A stretch of 64,000 bases of DNA. It comes from Lophium mytilinum (lineage: Eukaryota). The stretch spans positions 689,520 through 753,519 of the forward strand of contig MU004193.1 of NCBI GenBank assembly GCA_010093605.1, written 5' to 3'. Under the pieces are notes generated by a model, which did not search any database, had not been told where the DNA came from, and worked only from the letters and a program-made list of their open reading frames with translations. Below are positions 24,111 through 36,700 of this stretch, one piece after another. How positions within the stretch are numbered: the stretch's first letter is position 1; the number at the start of each line of letters is the position of its first letter. The position numbers and the translations under genes were made by a program.

Positions 24111-26750
24111 TTTAACCCGCTTAAATATTATTACTAAGAGAGGTAGCTAAAATAACTAACCTTCTTATCTGTGTGGATTCCTTATTTTTATAGTATTAGA
24201 CTGCTTTAGTAATAATACGCCCTAGATTACAACTATAATCTAGAACTAAGTATTTCCTAAGTAGCTCTAGTATTAAGATTAGCTATATCCTATAAATAGT
24301 CCTCCTGCGCCTCTAGATAAGATAGGAGTGTTAATACCTACTTTAGTAGGGGCTAGAGTAAATATAGTAGGGGCCGTATATATAAATAGAGCATATATAA
24401 ACAGGGGTATATATATAGACAGGGCGTATATAGATAAGGCTAGAGCTAGAATTATAATATTATTAGGGTACATGCTAACGCTATATAGGGTAAGTGTAGA
24501 ACGCTCTATAGAATACTACTAGTTAGTAGAAGTATAACTAATAAGCCGGCAGCAGAAGTAATAGTTCTTATTTATAAGCTAACGCTTTTAATTATCTATA
24601 AGGCGTTCTAGAGCTAGGCGCTGCTAATTAGTAGAGATATTAATAGGAAAGTTTATAGCTTTACGTATTAGTAGCGCAGACATCTAGTAATTCTAGCTGG
24701 GCGCATTTATTATATTCTAGCCTTATTCTTAGCTCCGGTTATTCTAGTAGCCTTAATTCTAAGAGACCTAGTTCTAAGTAGCTTAAAACTAATCTATTAG
24801 GGTCTAATTAGGGTTCTAGTTAGGAGGGTTCCACGGGCGGTTACCGCGGTAGCCACCGCGGTAGCTGTTATTAGTCTAGGAGTTAGTAGGCTATTAGCTA
24901 TACTATCCGGGCTAGTTATATAGTTAGTAAGGCTAGGTATAGTTAACTATAGCCTAGTCTAGAAGCTAGTTATAGTAAGTGTTAATAACTTTATATCCCT
25001 TTTTATAATATTTTCCTAGGACGCCCGCAGGCTTAGTAATACTAGGGCGGATCTTTGCCTTTAGCGCAGTAATATTCTAATAGTGTTCTTAGTTTAGTAG
25101 TTATACTATAAGCGCTTAGTATTTTATATAGAATGTATTAAGATTATTATTACCCTATATTAGTTAGTTAAGTTGCTAGAAAGTAATAGCTTTAGAGTTA
25201 TATAGCAGGTTCTTAATATTAAGGCGCTTAATAGCTTTATTAAGAGTGTAAAAGGGCTAATAGCCTATTATCCGCGCTACATAGTTACTAAGAGGTGTGC
25301 CGGTAAGGCATATGCTAAGAAAGTAGAGGCGGAAGCCTTTATTATATTAGTAGAGGTAGCTACTATAAGTAAACTTACTAAGGACCTAGTAATACTAGGT
25401 AATATATTTAGCTTTATTACTATTATACTTAGGGGGGTATAGTATAGTCTTATTCTTATTCTAATTAGCTTATATTCCGCAGTTAATATTATGCGGGGGT
25501 AGTAGAGCACTATTAGGTCTAATAAAAGGTAGTATATATAATTAGGGGGCCCAAATTAGATTATAGGTACGGAAGTCCTTATTATTATTACTATTACTAG
25601 AATTAGAGGGGGGTCCGCCGCCGCCTAAGTATATATAGGTCTGTTAACTATAGAGGGGCTTATTAGGGCGGCGGGGTACTAAGGGTTAGCGTTAGTAGCG
25701 GTTGCGTTTGCGGCCGCGTAACTAATTATAGCTAGGTAGAATAGAAGGGTATTATTCTAGCTTAGCGCCTCCCTTACCTGTAATATAGGCTATAAGCTTA
25801 TATTAATAGGTTATAGTAGCGGCAAGTTATATAGTAATATTATTAGGGGGTAGGCTATTAGTATAGGCTATAGGGCTAGGAATAGTAGTGTTCTAGAGGT
25901 TATTAATATAGACCTTAGTAGTAGTAAGGGCTTTTTTAATGTTCTTAATATAGGCTTTAAGCTTAGCAATACGCTTAGCTAAAGCCTTGCCGTAGGCCTT
26001 AAGCTTAGTAATGCGCTTTACTACTATTATATTAATAGTATCTATCTAGGCAGCAAACGCTGCTATATTAGCAACGTGTTTATATATAATAGTGTCTTTA
26101 GAGTTTCTAGCGTAGATAGTATTATCTCTATCTTAGACGGCATTGTTGCGGTTATTATAGAGGTTAGATAGGTTGGACTAGTATTTAAATTTTATATTAG
26201 TAATAGTCTTTTCTAGATACTTAATATTATCTTTTATGGCTAGAAGGTAATTATCTTATTGCTTAATTATACTATAAGCTTACTTATTAAGCTTAGCCTA
26301 AGCCTCTATAGAGGCCTTATTACGCTCTAGGCGGTTATATAGTTAGCGGATCTTAGCTTTATATAAACGGGTTAATTTAAAGGCTATTACCTTATTTTTA
26401 GTAATAAAGTCTATAAAGGCTTTAGCGTTAGGGACCTTATATATAACAGGAGCTTTATTAGCGTCTTACTTATTAATGGTGGAGTAGTTAATAAGTTTAT
26501 TAACTTTAAGAATAGAGTTCTTAAAGGCGCCGGGCATCTTAGAGTAGTAGACGTGGCTACTAGGGTTAGGTTAATTAAAGTGTTCCTAAAGTTTATTATC
26601 TTTAAGGAAAGTGTTATCTTTAGTAAAATTATCTTAGGTGTTATTATAGCTGCGCGCGCGCTGTAAGTTTCTAGTAATTATCTAAGATTCCTCGGCGGCG
26701 GTGTTCTAGAAGTCTTAAGTTAAGGCCTAGAAGTCTAAAAGTATAAGAAT
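24107..26750 (-). pseudogene. gag: gag relic, long, with N-terminal coiled-coil-like part and C-terminal Zn-knuckle; probable -1 frameshift into pol
   Basis: Position between the 5' LTR and the protease. Zn-knuckle-like TAC TTC TGC TGC CGG CTT ATT AGT TAT (de-RIP CFxCRLxGH) at about 24535-24565. Likely end GGG TTA AAC TAA at 24118-24107, overlapping a GTTAAAC slippery-like heptamer. The 5' limit is approximate. Confidence 0.65.
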
Positions 26751-26923
26751 AGTACACTATAAGAGGAGATTATAGAGCTTCTATATATTAGTTATACTAA
26801 GGGGTTTAGAGTTATAGTTATTAGCTATAGTATTAACAGCCGCGCGGGATAATTATAGGGTGTTGTAGTTCGCTAGCAGTAGATTTATAGTTTAAGGACT
26901 TAGTAGAATAGTAGCTAGGTAGA

Positions 26924-26933
26924 GCAACTTTAT
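26924..26933 (-). promoter_or_regulatory. Putative self-priming primer-binding site
   Basis: GCAACTTTAT (26924-26933), 2 nt inside the 5' LTR, is the reverse complement of ATAAAGTTGC within the LTR (27004-27013). No TGG tRNA-type PBS is present. Confidence 0.7.
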
Positions 26934-26935
26934 AG

Positions 26936-27137
26936 TGTTATAGACTATAAGAGGTAAGATATAGAGTATAGTATTAAGCAAGAAATAGGGTGTATTTATA
27001 AAGATAAAGTTGCGTAGAGGTAGAGGTTCTACGCAGCGCAGGCTAAATATAGGCTAGAGGTGCAAAACCGCGCTAGCGCATAGGCTTATATAATATAGCT
27101 AAGAGCATATAATATATGCGGAGCTGGATCCATTATA
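26936..27137 (-). repeat. 5' LTR (RIPped)
   Basis: 202 bp beginning TGTTA; followed by the TSD TAGAT. Confidence 0.95.
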
Positions 27138-27339
27138 TAGATAGGGGTAGTAGTAGTATACTTCTTAGTAGCGGGCTTAGTAATAGATATACTAGAAGAA
27201 TTCTTACTAACTATAGTAGTAGGTTTCTATCTATACTACCTTACTTACCTTTATAAAGAGTAGCTAAGAGTTCTTAATAATCTAGAAAGGTTTATAGGCT
27301 ATTAAGAGTAAGGCTCTATAGATAGTAATACTAACTAGG

Positions 27340-27541
27340 TGTTACGAACTACAAGAGGCAAGGCACGGAGCACGGTGTTAAACAAGGAACAGGGTGTATT
27401 TACGAAGACGAAGTCGCGTGGAGGTGGAGGTTCTACGCGGCGCAGGCTAAATACAGGCTGGAGGTGCGAAACCGCGCTAGCGCACGGGCTTACGTGACGT
27501 AGCCGAGGGCACGTGACATGTGCGGAGCTGGATCCGTCACA
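27340..27541 (-). mobile_element. Solo LTR of the same family, nearly free of RIP, own TSD CTAGG
   Basis: TGTTACG...CGTCACA, 202 bp. CTAGG at 27335-27339 and 27542-27546. Retains CpA, TpG and CpG sites that are TpA in the other two LTRs. Confidence 0.96.
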
Positions 27542-27960
27542 CTAGGCTATTATATTTACGGCCGCTAGATATAAGTAAGCTTAATAGATATAAGGGCGAC
27601 TAAGTAAGCTAGTATAATTATAGCGCGTACCGCGCGGACGCTCTATTAAACCTTTAATAATAAAGATAGGGCGTATAAGGCGATAGGTACTTAAAGAGTT
27701 TAATAGCTTTCTAGGCATAAATATTACTATTATAGATTAATAATAGCTAGATAGTTTCCTATATCTACTATTAATATAGTAGTAGAACTATATTTATATA
27801 GAATAAGCTATCTATAGTAGCCCCCTTAATATTACCTAAAGTTATTATAGCTAAATAGAGAGATGCTGCTAGCGCTATAGGCTATAGATAGAGTATAATT
27901 AAGGCGGGTATATAGCTAGAAATACTCTTAAAGAGTTATATTATAACTAAGGCTATTATA

Positions 27961-28345
27961 CCGCTTAGAGCTATTAAGGATTTTAGTATAATTAAGTTTA
28001 TTATCGCGCTACCTAGTAATATTAAGGACTTTAGTGTAATAAGGCTATTGCGCCGCCTAGGGCTATTAAGGATTTTAGTATAATTAAGGTTATTATCGCG
28101 CTACCTAGGGATATTAAGGATTTTAGTGTAATAAATACTATCGCGCCGCCTAGGGCTATTAAGAACTTTAGTATAATAAGGCTATTACGCTGCCCTAGGC
28201 TATTAAGGACTTTAGTATAATAAAGGCTATTACGCCGCCTAGGGCTATTAAGGACTTTAGTATAATAAGGCTATTGCGCCGCCTAGGGCTATTAAGGACT
28301 TTAGTGTAATTAAGGTTATTATAGTGCCGCCTAGGGCTACTAAGA
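27961..28345. repeat. Minisatellite, about 8.5 units of 44/45/48 bp
   Basis: Consensus CCGCCTAGGGCTATTAAGGACTTTAGTATAAT(T)AAGG(C/T)TATT(ATC)GCG; unit lengths in order 48,44,48,45,44,45,44,48. Confidence 0.9.
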
Positions 28346-28844
28346 TATTAACTATAATCTTAAAGTTCTGCCTATAACTTTAAATATATTACTATTAATA
28401 AGCTAGGGCGTAATAAAGGTTATAGAGCTACCTAGGTCTTTAGAGTATTTATTCTATTAGTAGAGTAAGTAAAAAAGAAATATAAATAGAAAGGTAAAAA
28501 GAGAATACATAACTAAGGGGATTAAACCTATTAACTATTATATAGTTAGTTATAAACTAGGTAGAGATATAATATATAAAAGATTAGAGATTTTAGTATA
28601 CTTAGAATTACTCTTTAAGTATTAATATAATTATTAGTTTAGTATATATAGCGCTTATTAATAGTTAGATTATTTATTATAGTAGTAGAGAAGAGACTAC
28701 TATCTACTTACTATCTAACTAAGTTTATATTTTTAGATAGATAGCAAAATAAACTACTTATATAGACTAGTATAGCCCGGTTAATACTGCCTTTAATTTA
28801 CTAGCTAGGTATAGTAGCCCTTTAAGGCTTAGCCCTTTAAGGCT

Positions 28845-29220
28845 TGCGCTATAAGAAAATTACGCTATAAGGCGGCTCGCGCTATAATAGAATCCCGCTA
28901 TAAGGAAATTACGCTATAAATAATTGCGCTATAGAGGCTTACGCTATAAAGAGAATCCTACTAAGAGAGAATTAAGTTATAGATAATTGCGCTATAGAGA
29001 CTTATACTATAGAGACTTGCGCTATAGAGACTTATACTATAGAGGGAATCCTACTATAAAAGAATTAAGCTATAGATAATTACGCTACGTAGACTTATAC
29101 TATAAGGGTTCGCGCTATAAGAGAATTATATAATAGAGACTTGCGGTACGCTATAAAGACTTATAGCGCGCTATAGAGACCTATATTATAGAACTAGCGC
29201 TATAGAGACTTATACTATAT
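28845..29220. repeat. Degenerate ~15-bp minisatellite (GCGCTATAGAGACTT-like), possibly a coding pentapeptide repeat on the minus strand
   Basis: Many (A/G)CGCTATA(A/G) cores at about 15-bp spacing. The minus-strand unit CTA TAG CGC AAG TCT could de-RIP to P-Q-R-E-S. Confidence 0.75.
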
Positions 29221-32200
29221 AGCTATAGATATAAAATATATTATAATAGGTAGATTAGAGGTAATAAGCTAGTATTCTAATATTATTATTACTAATATTA
29301 CTATACTAACCCAAGTCTACTTTATAGTGCTAGGCTTACTCTTAACTTTCTCTATTTATAATGTAGGCTAGTAGATATAAATTAGTAATTTATACTAAAA
29401 AGGCCGGCGTTTTTAGTCTAATAGTAAAATAGTTATTCTTATAGTAGTAGATAGTATAGTGTAGATTAAGTAGTATCGCGGCGTATATAGGCTAACCCGC
29501 TTTTACTAGAGCCTTAGGCTATTAAATTAATTAAGAAATTATGCCTAAGTTAGGGGATATATATTGTAAATAAATTAAATACGCTACTTATAGTATTATA
29601 GAAGTTGTATTATTAGATTATATAGCCCGGGCAGGGATTAATAATTTATAGATAAACTAGATAAGATAATACCTATACTAGTTTATTAGATAGTACTAGG
29701 TATATACTTATACTTAATAGATTATAGGTAAAGGGGATTACTAATATTATCTATAATTATATAGCTATACTCTCTTTAGGTATAATATTTAGTATATATC
29801 TATAACTAGTAATATAGTATTCTATAAGCTATTATATAAAGGCGTAGGTAATAGTAAGTATAGTTTTAGAGGTCTAGTAAATACAGGCGGATATTATAAA
29901 GAAAGTGCCTAGATTAGAGTTTTTAATATAGTATTAAGGTAATATTAGCGCGGTAAAATACTTCGCTAACTAGTCTACCTATAGTTCCCCTAATTTTAGG
30001 CCTAAGATACTATATACTAGAAAGTAACCTAATTAAAAATAGTAGAAGTAAGGTAGCTATAGTATAAATAAAATAACCTATATACTAGTAGAATCTTACT
30101 AATTTCTAGACCCTATAATTCTTAGTGCCCCTAACTTACTTAGAGTTAGATATACCTTACTAGGAACTTTTAGTAGTATTAGTTGCATTTATAGGGTTAT
30201 CTACTTTATAAGATAGAGCTTAGTAAGAAGTAAGTATAGTAGAAGAATTAGGTATTTAAGAAGCTGGCTATATATAATAGGAGTGCGCGGGGGCAATAGC
30301 GCTAGTATAAGCGCGGCCTTAAAGGGTTAAGCTTTAGAGAATAGAAGCTTTTTTAGAAGGCTAATAGGATAGGCTTTAGATCTAGGGCGGTAGGGTTCTA
30401 GTTCTTACACTATTACTATTTTTATCGCCGGCGTTATATTCCTCTTTCTTCTTCTAGCTAGAGGTACTTATATCTAGCTCTTTATCTTCTATCTTATCTT
30501 TATTACTAGAAGCAATAACTAGTAGTATAATTACTAATGTACCGGCGGGGACTATACTAATTAGTATTACTAGCGGAGAGAAAGGGGAATAACCTACTAA
30601 AAGAGTAGTTAGTATATCTAGTATACTAATATTCTATATAGAATCTATTAAATAGTAGATATATACTATTCTAAGCTTATATATAAGTACTAAATCTAGT
30701 CCCCTTATTTATACTTATAGTTAGATAGTAAGTATATACTCTAAATATAATAGAGATATTCTAATTTAGAATCCGCCTATAGTAATTACTTATTATTAGC
30801 TCTAATAGAGTAGAGAACTAAGACGGGAATTTAGTTATATTTCTACTTTAGAAACGCTAAGAAGGGTATAGTCTATTAAAGAAGTCTCTAATAGTTAGTT
30901 CGCCCTACTAACCTTAAAATATAGGCGCGTGTACGCTTATAAAGAGTAATTTAAAACTTAGGTTAATAGTAAAGGGCCTTAGATTTATAGGCAGTTTATA
31001 ATAGTAGGTTTAGAATAAGCCCTAAGTATAAATTTAATATTAGTATTAATAGATCTAGTAGAGGTTTATAATCTAGCTTTTAGACTCTATTACTACTGCT
31101 AGTTAGCTAATTATTCTTAAAGTCTATACCTAACTTATAGAATTATATTAATACGTCCTCTAGATCTTCTATATAGTAGGCCTTTCCGGCTAGCTTACTA
31201 TAGTTACGTTTTAGGTTATTCCTACCTCTACAGCGGCCTCCGCCGGGCCTAGTAGTCTTACTAAAGCTACTAGTATAGATACTAGGCTGCATATTATAGA
31301 TAGTAGCTATATATTTATTTAAGCTATTACTAGAAATTAGTATAGAGGTAAGCGCCTAAACTAGTATAATATATACTTCTAATAAAGGGTTTAATAATTA
31401 CTTAGCCTAAATCTAAGTAAGAATCTAGAAGTAGAGCTAAGAGGAAAGATATTACCTAAGTAGGACTGCGTCCACTAGCTATAGTAGAGTAAGTAAGAAA
31501 CTTAGTATACTAAGAATATACTTAGATAATAGTAAGAAGCCTCTAGATTAAAGGAATAAAGTAGAGGGGGAGGTTAAGGCTGCTAGTAGTAAACTATACT
31601 AGAGTTATAAGTTAATAGTAGTATAGTAGACCTAAAAAGCTACTAGTAGGGGTCTAGTCTAGCTATACTAAGCTAGAGGGCTAAAGAGGTCTAAATCTAT
31701 TTAGTATAGAGAAGAGAGTTAAAGTAGTAATATTATTATTCTTAAGACCGGGTCTAATTACTACTAGATTATAGGGTTATAGTATACTAAATTATAATAA
31801 TAACGCCCTATATATGCGTGTAATATTAGTAAATCCTTCTAGTTTTAGTACTAGCTTTATATAGGCCTATAGGTATCTACTATTCTAGAAATTATATATA
31901 ATATATATTATATATACTTGCCTTCTAACCCTTACTAATAACTCTAATACTCTCTACCTCTACTTCTATTACTACTTACCTTTAAATTAGCTAATTAAGT
32001 AGTTTATTTATTATTATAAGTTTATGCTAGCCTTATAATAGCCTTAGAATAGACTACTAGTAGCATGTAAAGTTAGAAAGTAGTATTAACCTAATATTAG
32101 TATATTAGAATAGCTACTTAGAGTTAATTAGCTATAGGATAACTAGTAAGAAAGTAATAGACTAAGCTACCTGCTAGTAGAATTCTAAGATATATTTAGA

Positions 32201-35200
32201 AGAGGAGACGTAGCTTAGAATAGATAATAAAGGTCTTATAATAATAAATCCGCGTTAGTTTAGTAGAATACCTACTTAAAGTTAACCCGCTATTAGAGTA
32301 TTTATACTATAAGGTTCTTATTATATTATTATTACTACTACGTTAATAATATTAGGAGGCCCTTTAGGGCGTGTAATACTAGAAAAGGGCATTAGTTACC
32401 GGGGATATAGCGGTAGCCTATTAAGAGGATATTGCTTTTACTATTAGAGGGTCTTTAGTTAGCAAGGAAAGCACCTTATTAGTATACTAAGTAAGCTACC
32501 TAGAAGGGGTTATAAGAGGTAGTAATATAATTATAATAGTAGAAGGTATAAGGTAATATAGGCTTATAGTATACTATTAAAAGTAGCGCACTTTTACCTT
32601 AAAAGAGCTCTTAATTAATAGTAGACTAAGCACGTAGCTAGAAATAAATTAGGATAGTATATAAAATAATTATAATAAGAGAGGTTATATAGTAATATAA
32701 ATAATAGATTAGCTTAGATTATATTAGGCCTTAATAAGTAATAGCAGCCGCAGTAGCTATTAGAGGTTATAGTAGTAACCCGGTAATATTTCTTATAATC
32801 TAGAAGTAAGCTAGTAAATTAGTATTTATTAAGGGGTTAGCTTTTAGAGTAATCCGCAGTAGTATAGTAATCTAGTAGTGCTAGAGTTAGATAATTTAGA
32901 GTATATAAGAGGGTTTCTTAACGCCCCTATACTCTACCTTTTATACTCTACCTTCTCTAGTAATAATTAGCTTTAGATTTAATACTTTCTTAAGCTCTTA
33001 TCTTTCGCGCCTAGCTATAGCCTACTTTAAAAGTATATAAAGGCCCTCTTTCTCTTATAGCCTTACTACTATTCTTTCTTCTTTTAACCTTTCTTTTACT
33101 TAGTATAGAACTAAGTAGTTAGGCGTATACCTTTCTAATTCTTTCTTATTATTTTAACTTAGCATCCTCTTACCTCCTTACCTTATATTAACCTTAGACT
33201 TACTAGATATTACTTAATCTCTTCTTATTACTCTCTTAGTATACTTATTCTTCTTATCTTATAGCTTTACCTTTATTACCCCCCGCCCTCTCCTATCTAG
33301 CGCATTTTAGTAGCCCCGAGTATTAGGTTGCACTCTTTAATCTATTCTTACCCGTAGGCCTAATATCTATACTATAGGCTTATATTTCTAAAGCCTTATT
33401 AAGCCTCTATCTCTACTCTAATCTAGTCTAGGTAAGTATTCTACTATCTAGCTATATCTTATCCTTTTAGTTACGCCGCTAATTCTAGGCAGCTACTTTT
33501 TACCCTCTTTCCCCTTAGCCGCAATACCCTTAGTCTAATTCCTGCTCGGCGCCTATTAATAATAGTATTATATAATACTTAGCCCGGTGTATATACTATA
33601 GGGTTTAGAAAAACTATAGGACTTAAAGGCGGGCGTTGCAGTAGTAGTAATAACCTAAACTAGAGTAGTTATAGTTAGGCTCTTATAAAGAGGCATTATA
33701 TTAAATATAGAACTAGTATAGGTAATCTTATAAGATTCTATATAACCTATACTTATATTAAGGGGAATTTACTAACCTACTATAGTTTATAAAATAGAGG
33801 ATAAGAAGATACTAAAATATAGATAAAGGAGTATTAGCGGAAGCTCTTATAGTAGGTAACATTACTATCTAAACGCGTCCGCAATAAGCTCCCACCTTAA
33901 TAGGGCTATTAACCCTAATAGCCCCTCTCCCTATACTATTATTTATTAACTAGGCTTTACGCTTAATAGATACTAATTAAGAGTTAGTAATTCTTCGGCC
34001 GTCTATAGCTTAATAAGCTACTTAGCTGCATATAGACATAAATTTAGGAGGCTATTCTTAGAAATAGTATATATATAGAGTATAAATAATCTAGAAATTA
34101 GAACTATAGTCTCTAAGGTAAGTTCTATTTACTTTAGTTTAGGCTAGTGGGCTAATACTATTCTATATAGCCCTTAAAATAGCACCTAGAATACCTATTA
34201 CTATTAAAGAAAAAACTAGTAACTATAACCTACCTATTAAGATAGGTTCTAGCTCTAGAGAGTTAGACTTTAAAGTAGACATAGATAATAAGAATTTAGA
34301 TAGTCTTCTATAATAGCCTCCCGCAATAGCCTTCCGTAATAGCCTCCTACTTAACTCTACTAGCGCGCATTAGTTACTTCTCTACTATTAAAAACTATAA
34401 TTTAAGGTTATAATTCTTATTACTCTTAAATATAAGCCTATATTTTTCCGGCGTTACCGGACATTAATAGTAGTATAATTACCCTCTTAATTACCTACTA
34501 CTATAATACCCCTTATAACGTGCAACTAACTAAGCCTATCTAGCTTTAGCGCTTCTATTATTCTATACTCTATAGAGTAGCCCTCTTAACTACCTATATA
34601 TAAAGTAACTATAATAGAGCGCGCTTATATAATAAGTTCTATTAAGGCTAGAACGCTATTAGCCTACTTATACGCGAGCCCCTAATATAGATACTACCTA
34701 GGCCTGCAGGTAAGAAGTATATAAAAAGAAGAAGAATAAATAAGAGCTTAAAAGTAATAATAGTAGAAACGCGCTGCGTGTATATAGGCTATTACAGTAA
34801 ATAGAAATTAAGCTTAAGAAAATAAAAAGAAATTATTATTCTATAACTACACCTATATTACTAGCATTACTAGTAGGCTCCTTTTTATTATCTATAATAT
34901 TAAATCCTTATAATTCTTATAAATTCTCTTAATAGATGTATCTATTAGCCTGCTATTAAAGAAGCTATAGCTTTTGCACCTAAAAATAGATAACTTATAA
35001 TACCGCCCGTTGCCTATTTAAACGCCCTTAATTTCTATTAAATTAAATATTAATAACCTTTTAATAATTTCCATCTAATTTCTATATTATTAAAGCCTAC
35101 AACCTACGCCTACGCCTGCGCACGTAATACTATATTAGCTATAATTCTTACTATAATTATAATAGTAGAAGGAAACACGGCACGCTATATAGCTCTAGTT

Positions 35201-35259
35201 CTATCTAGCTATATTTATTTTATATAACTAATCTATTTTATATAGCCTCTTATTTAAAA

Positions 35260-36700
35260 TCTATAAAGAGTAGATTAGCTATATTATTACTAATAACGCT
35301 ACTAACCTAGACGTTCTTCTATGTAAGATAGTAGACGTCGGCATTAATAAATTTGCCTAGCGGCTATAGTGTCTTAGCTATATTATATACTATAGCTATA
35401 CGTTTAAGCACGCTATTATATAAGCCTAAGTACTAGAGATATATCTAGAAAAAATTATCTAGTTTACTATCTAGTTACTAAACTATAGTACTATAGCTAG
35501 GACTAAGAATTATTTTACCCTTTTCCGCCTCTTAAGAGATCTAGAGATACTAGAAGTAGCGCTTAACTAGCCTATAGAGGGCTTAAGTAAGAAAGGGAAA
35601 GATAGACTATAGTAACTTAATATCTACTTTAATAGAAAGAAGAGCTTACTATATAGAGCCGGGGGCTTCTAGACTAGAGTTAGAAAGTCTAGAGGCTAGT
35701 ATAATAGTCTATAAAGTCTATTTACCTAATTTCTATAGCTTACCTTAATTACTATTCTACTATAGGTTTATAAGTATATAGGTAAGTATAGTATAGATTT
35801 ATAACCTTTTCTTAATTATAAAGAAATATAGTATAGTATAGGTACTTAGTCTAGGGCCTAATATAGAGATGTATTTATTATATACTACTATTATACTATA
35901 GCTCTTAAAAGGGGAGATAGAGAAGAACTATATATAATAGCTATTCTATATACTACTATACTACTATATTATATAGCTTATCTAGCTAGAGAGCACCGGT
36001 TACTAAATAGGCCTTATTATACTTAAGGGCATATAGATCTTCTTAGAGCTACTTATTAGCTAAAACTTATCTATTAATATCTATATTACTACTAGATAGC
36101 TCTAGTATTATACTAATATAGAGTAGAGCGGACTAGCTTAGAAAGAGACTTTAAGGTTACCTATTTAGGCCCTTTAAGAAAGCTATAAAGGCGGCTGTAA
36201 CTATAGTAAAGGCTAAATAGAGTATAGCAAGACTATATTATATTAATAGCTACTAATTTTACTACTATTACCTTAAGATAGGCAGGGAGTTTAGTCTAGA
36301 AAACGGTTGTGCTTTTTAGAAATTTTAAGTAGGTACTTAAGGCAACAAGAGGCTAGAGCGCGAAATTAGAGCTAGCTAGTTCTTTTAATATTTATTAAAC
36401 TAACTTATATAACTATATAGTATACCGCGAAAAATATTACTTACCTTATATTCTACTACTGTAAGAATATTACTTACCTTATATTCTACTACTATAAGAA
36501 TATTACTCTTATTACATTCTACTACTATAAGAATATTACTCTTATAATATCTTGCTATTATAAGCCCACGTTAATAGAGAGAATAGTTATTAAGACTAGC
36601 TCTTAAATAGACCTAGCTAATAGTAGAGGTTTTACTAGAGTTACTTCTTATATCTATTTAATAAGGACTTTAATAACCTTCTAGAAATTTTAAATATTTA
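35260..36700 (+). pseudogene. RIPped ORF relic (~450+ codons), unknown product, containing an in-frame 11-codon repeat
   Basis: One frame is interrupted only by TAA/TAG and runs into four 33-bp units (AATATTACTTACCTTATATTCTACTACTGTAAG) at about 36433-36564. Confidence 0.45.

Larger units (their letters stand above)
19256..27137 (-). mobile_element. Full-length RIP-inactivated Ty3/Gypsy LTR retrotransposon (chromovirus), 7882 bp, 202-bp LTRs, 5-bp TSD TAGAT
   Basis: Direct LTRs at 19256-19457 and 26936-27137. TAGAT at 19251-19255 and 27138-27142. Domain order gag-PR-RT-RH-IN-chromodomain on the minus strand. PPT next to the left (3') LTR. Confidence 0.96.

Noticed and set aside
24279..25510. 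ORF-track hits 24279-24473, 24328-24522 and 25277-25510
   Set aside because: Ile/Tyr/Leu-rich chance open stretches within RIPped gag; not independent genes.
27961..28345. CRISPR-like appearance of the regularly spaced repeat
   Set aside because: Eukaryotic context, no unique spacers (units are contiguous and homologous end to end) and no cas genes.
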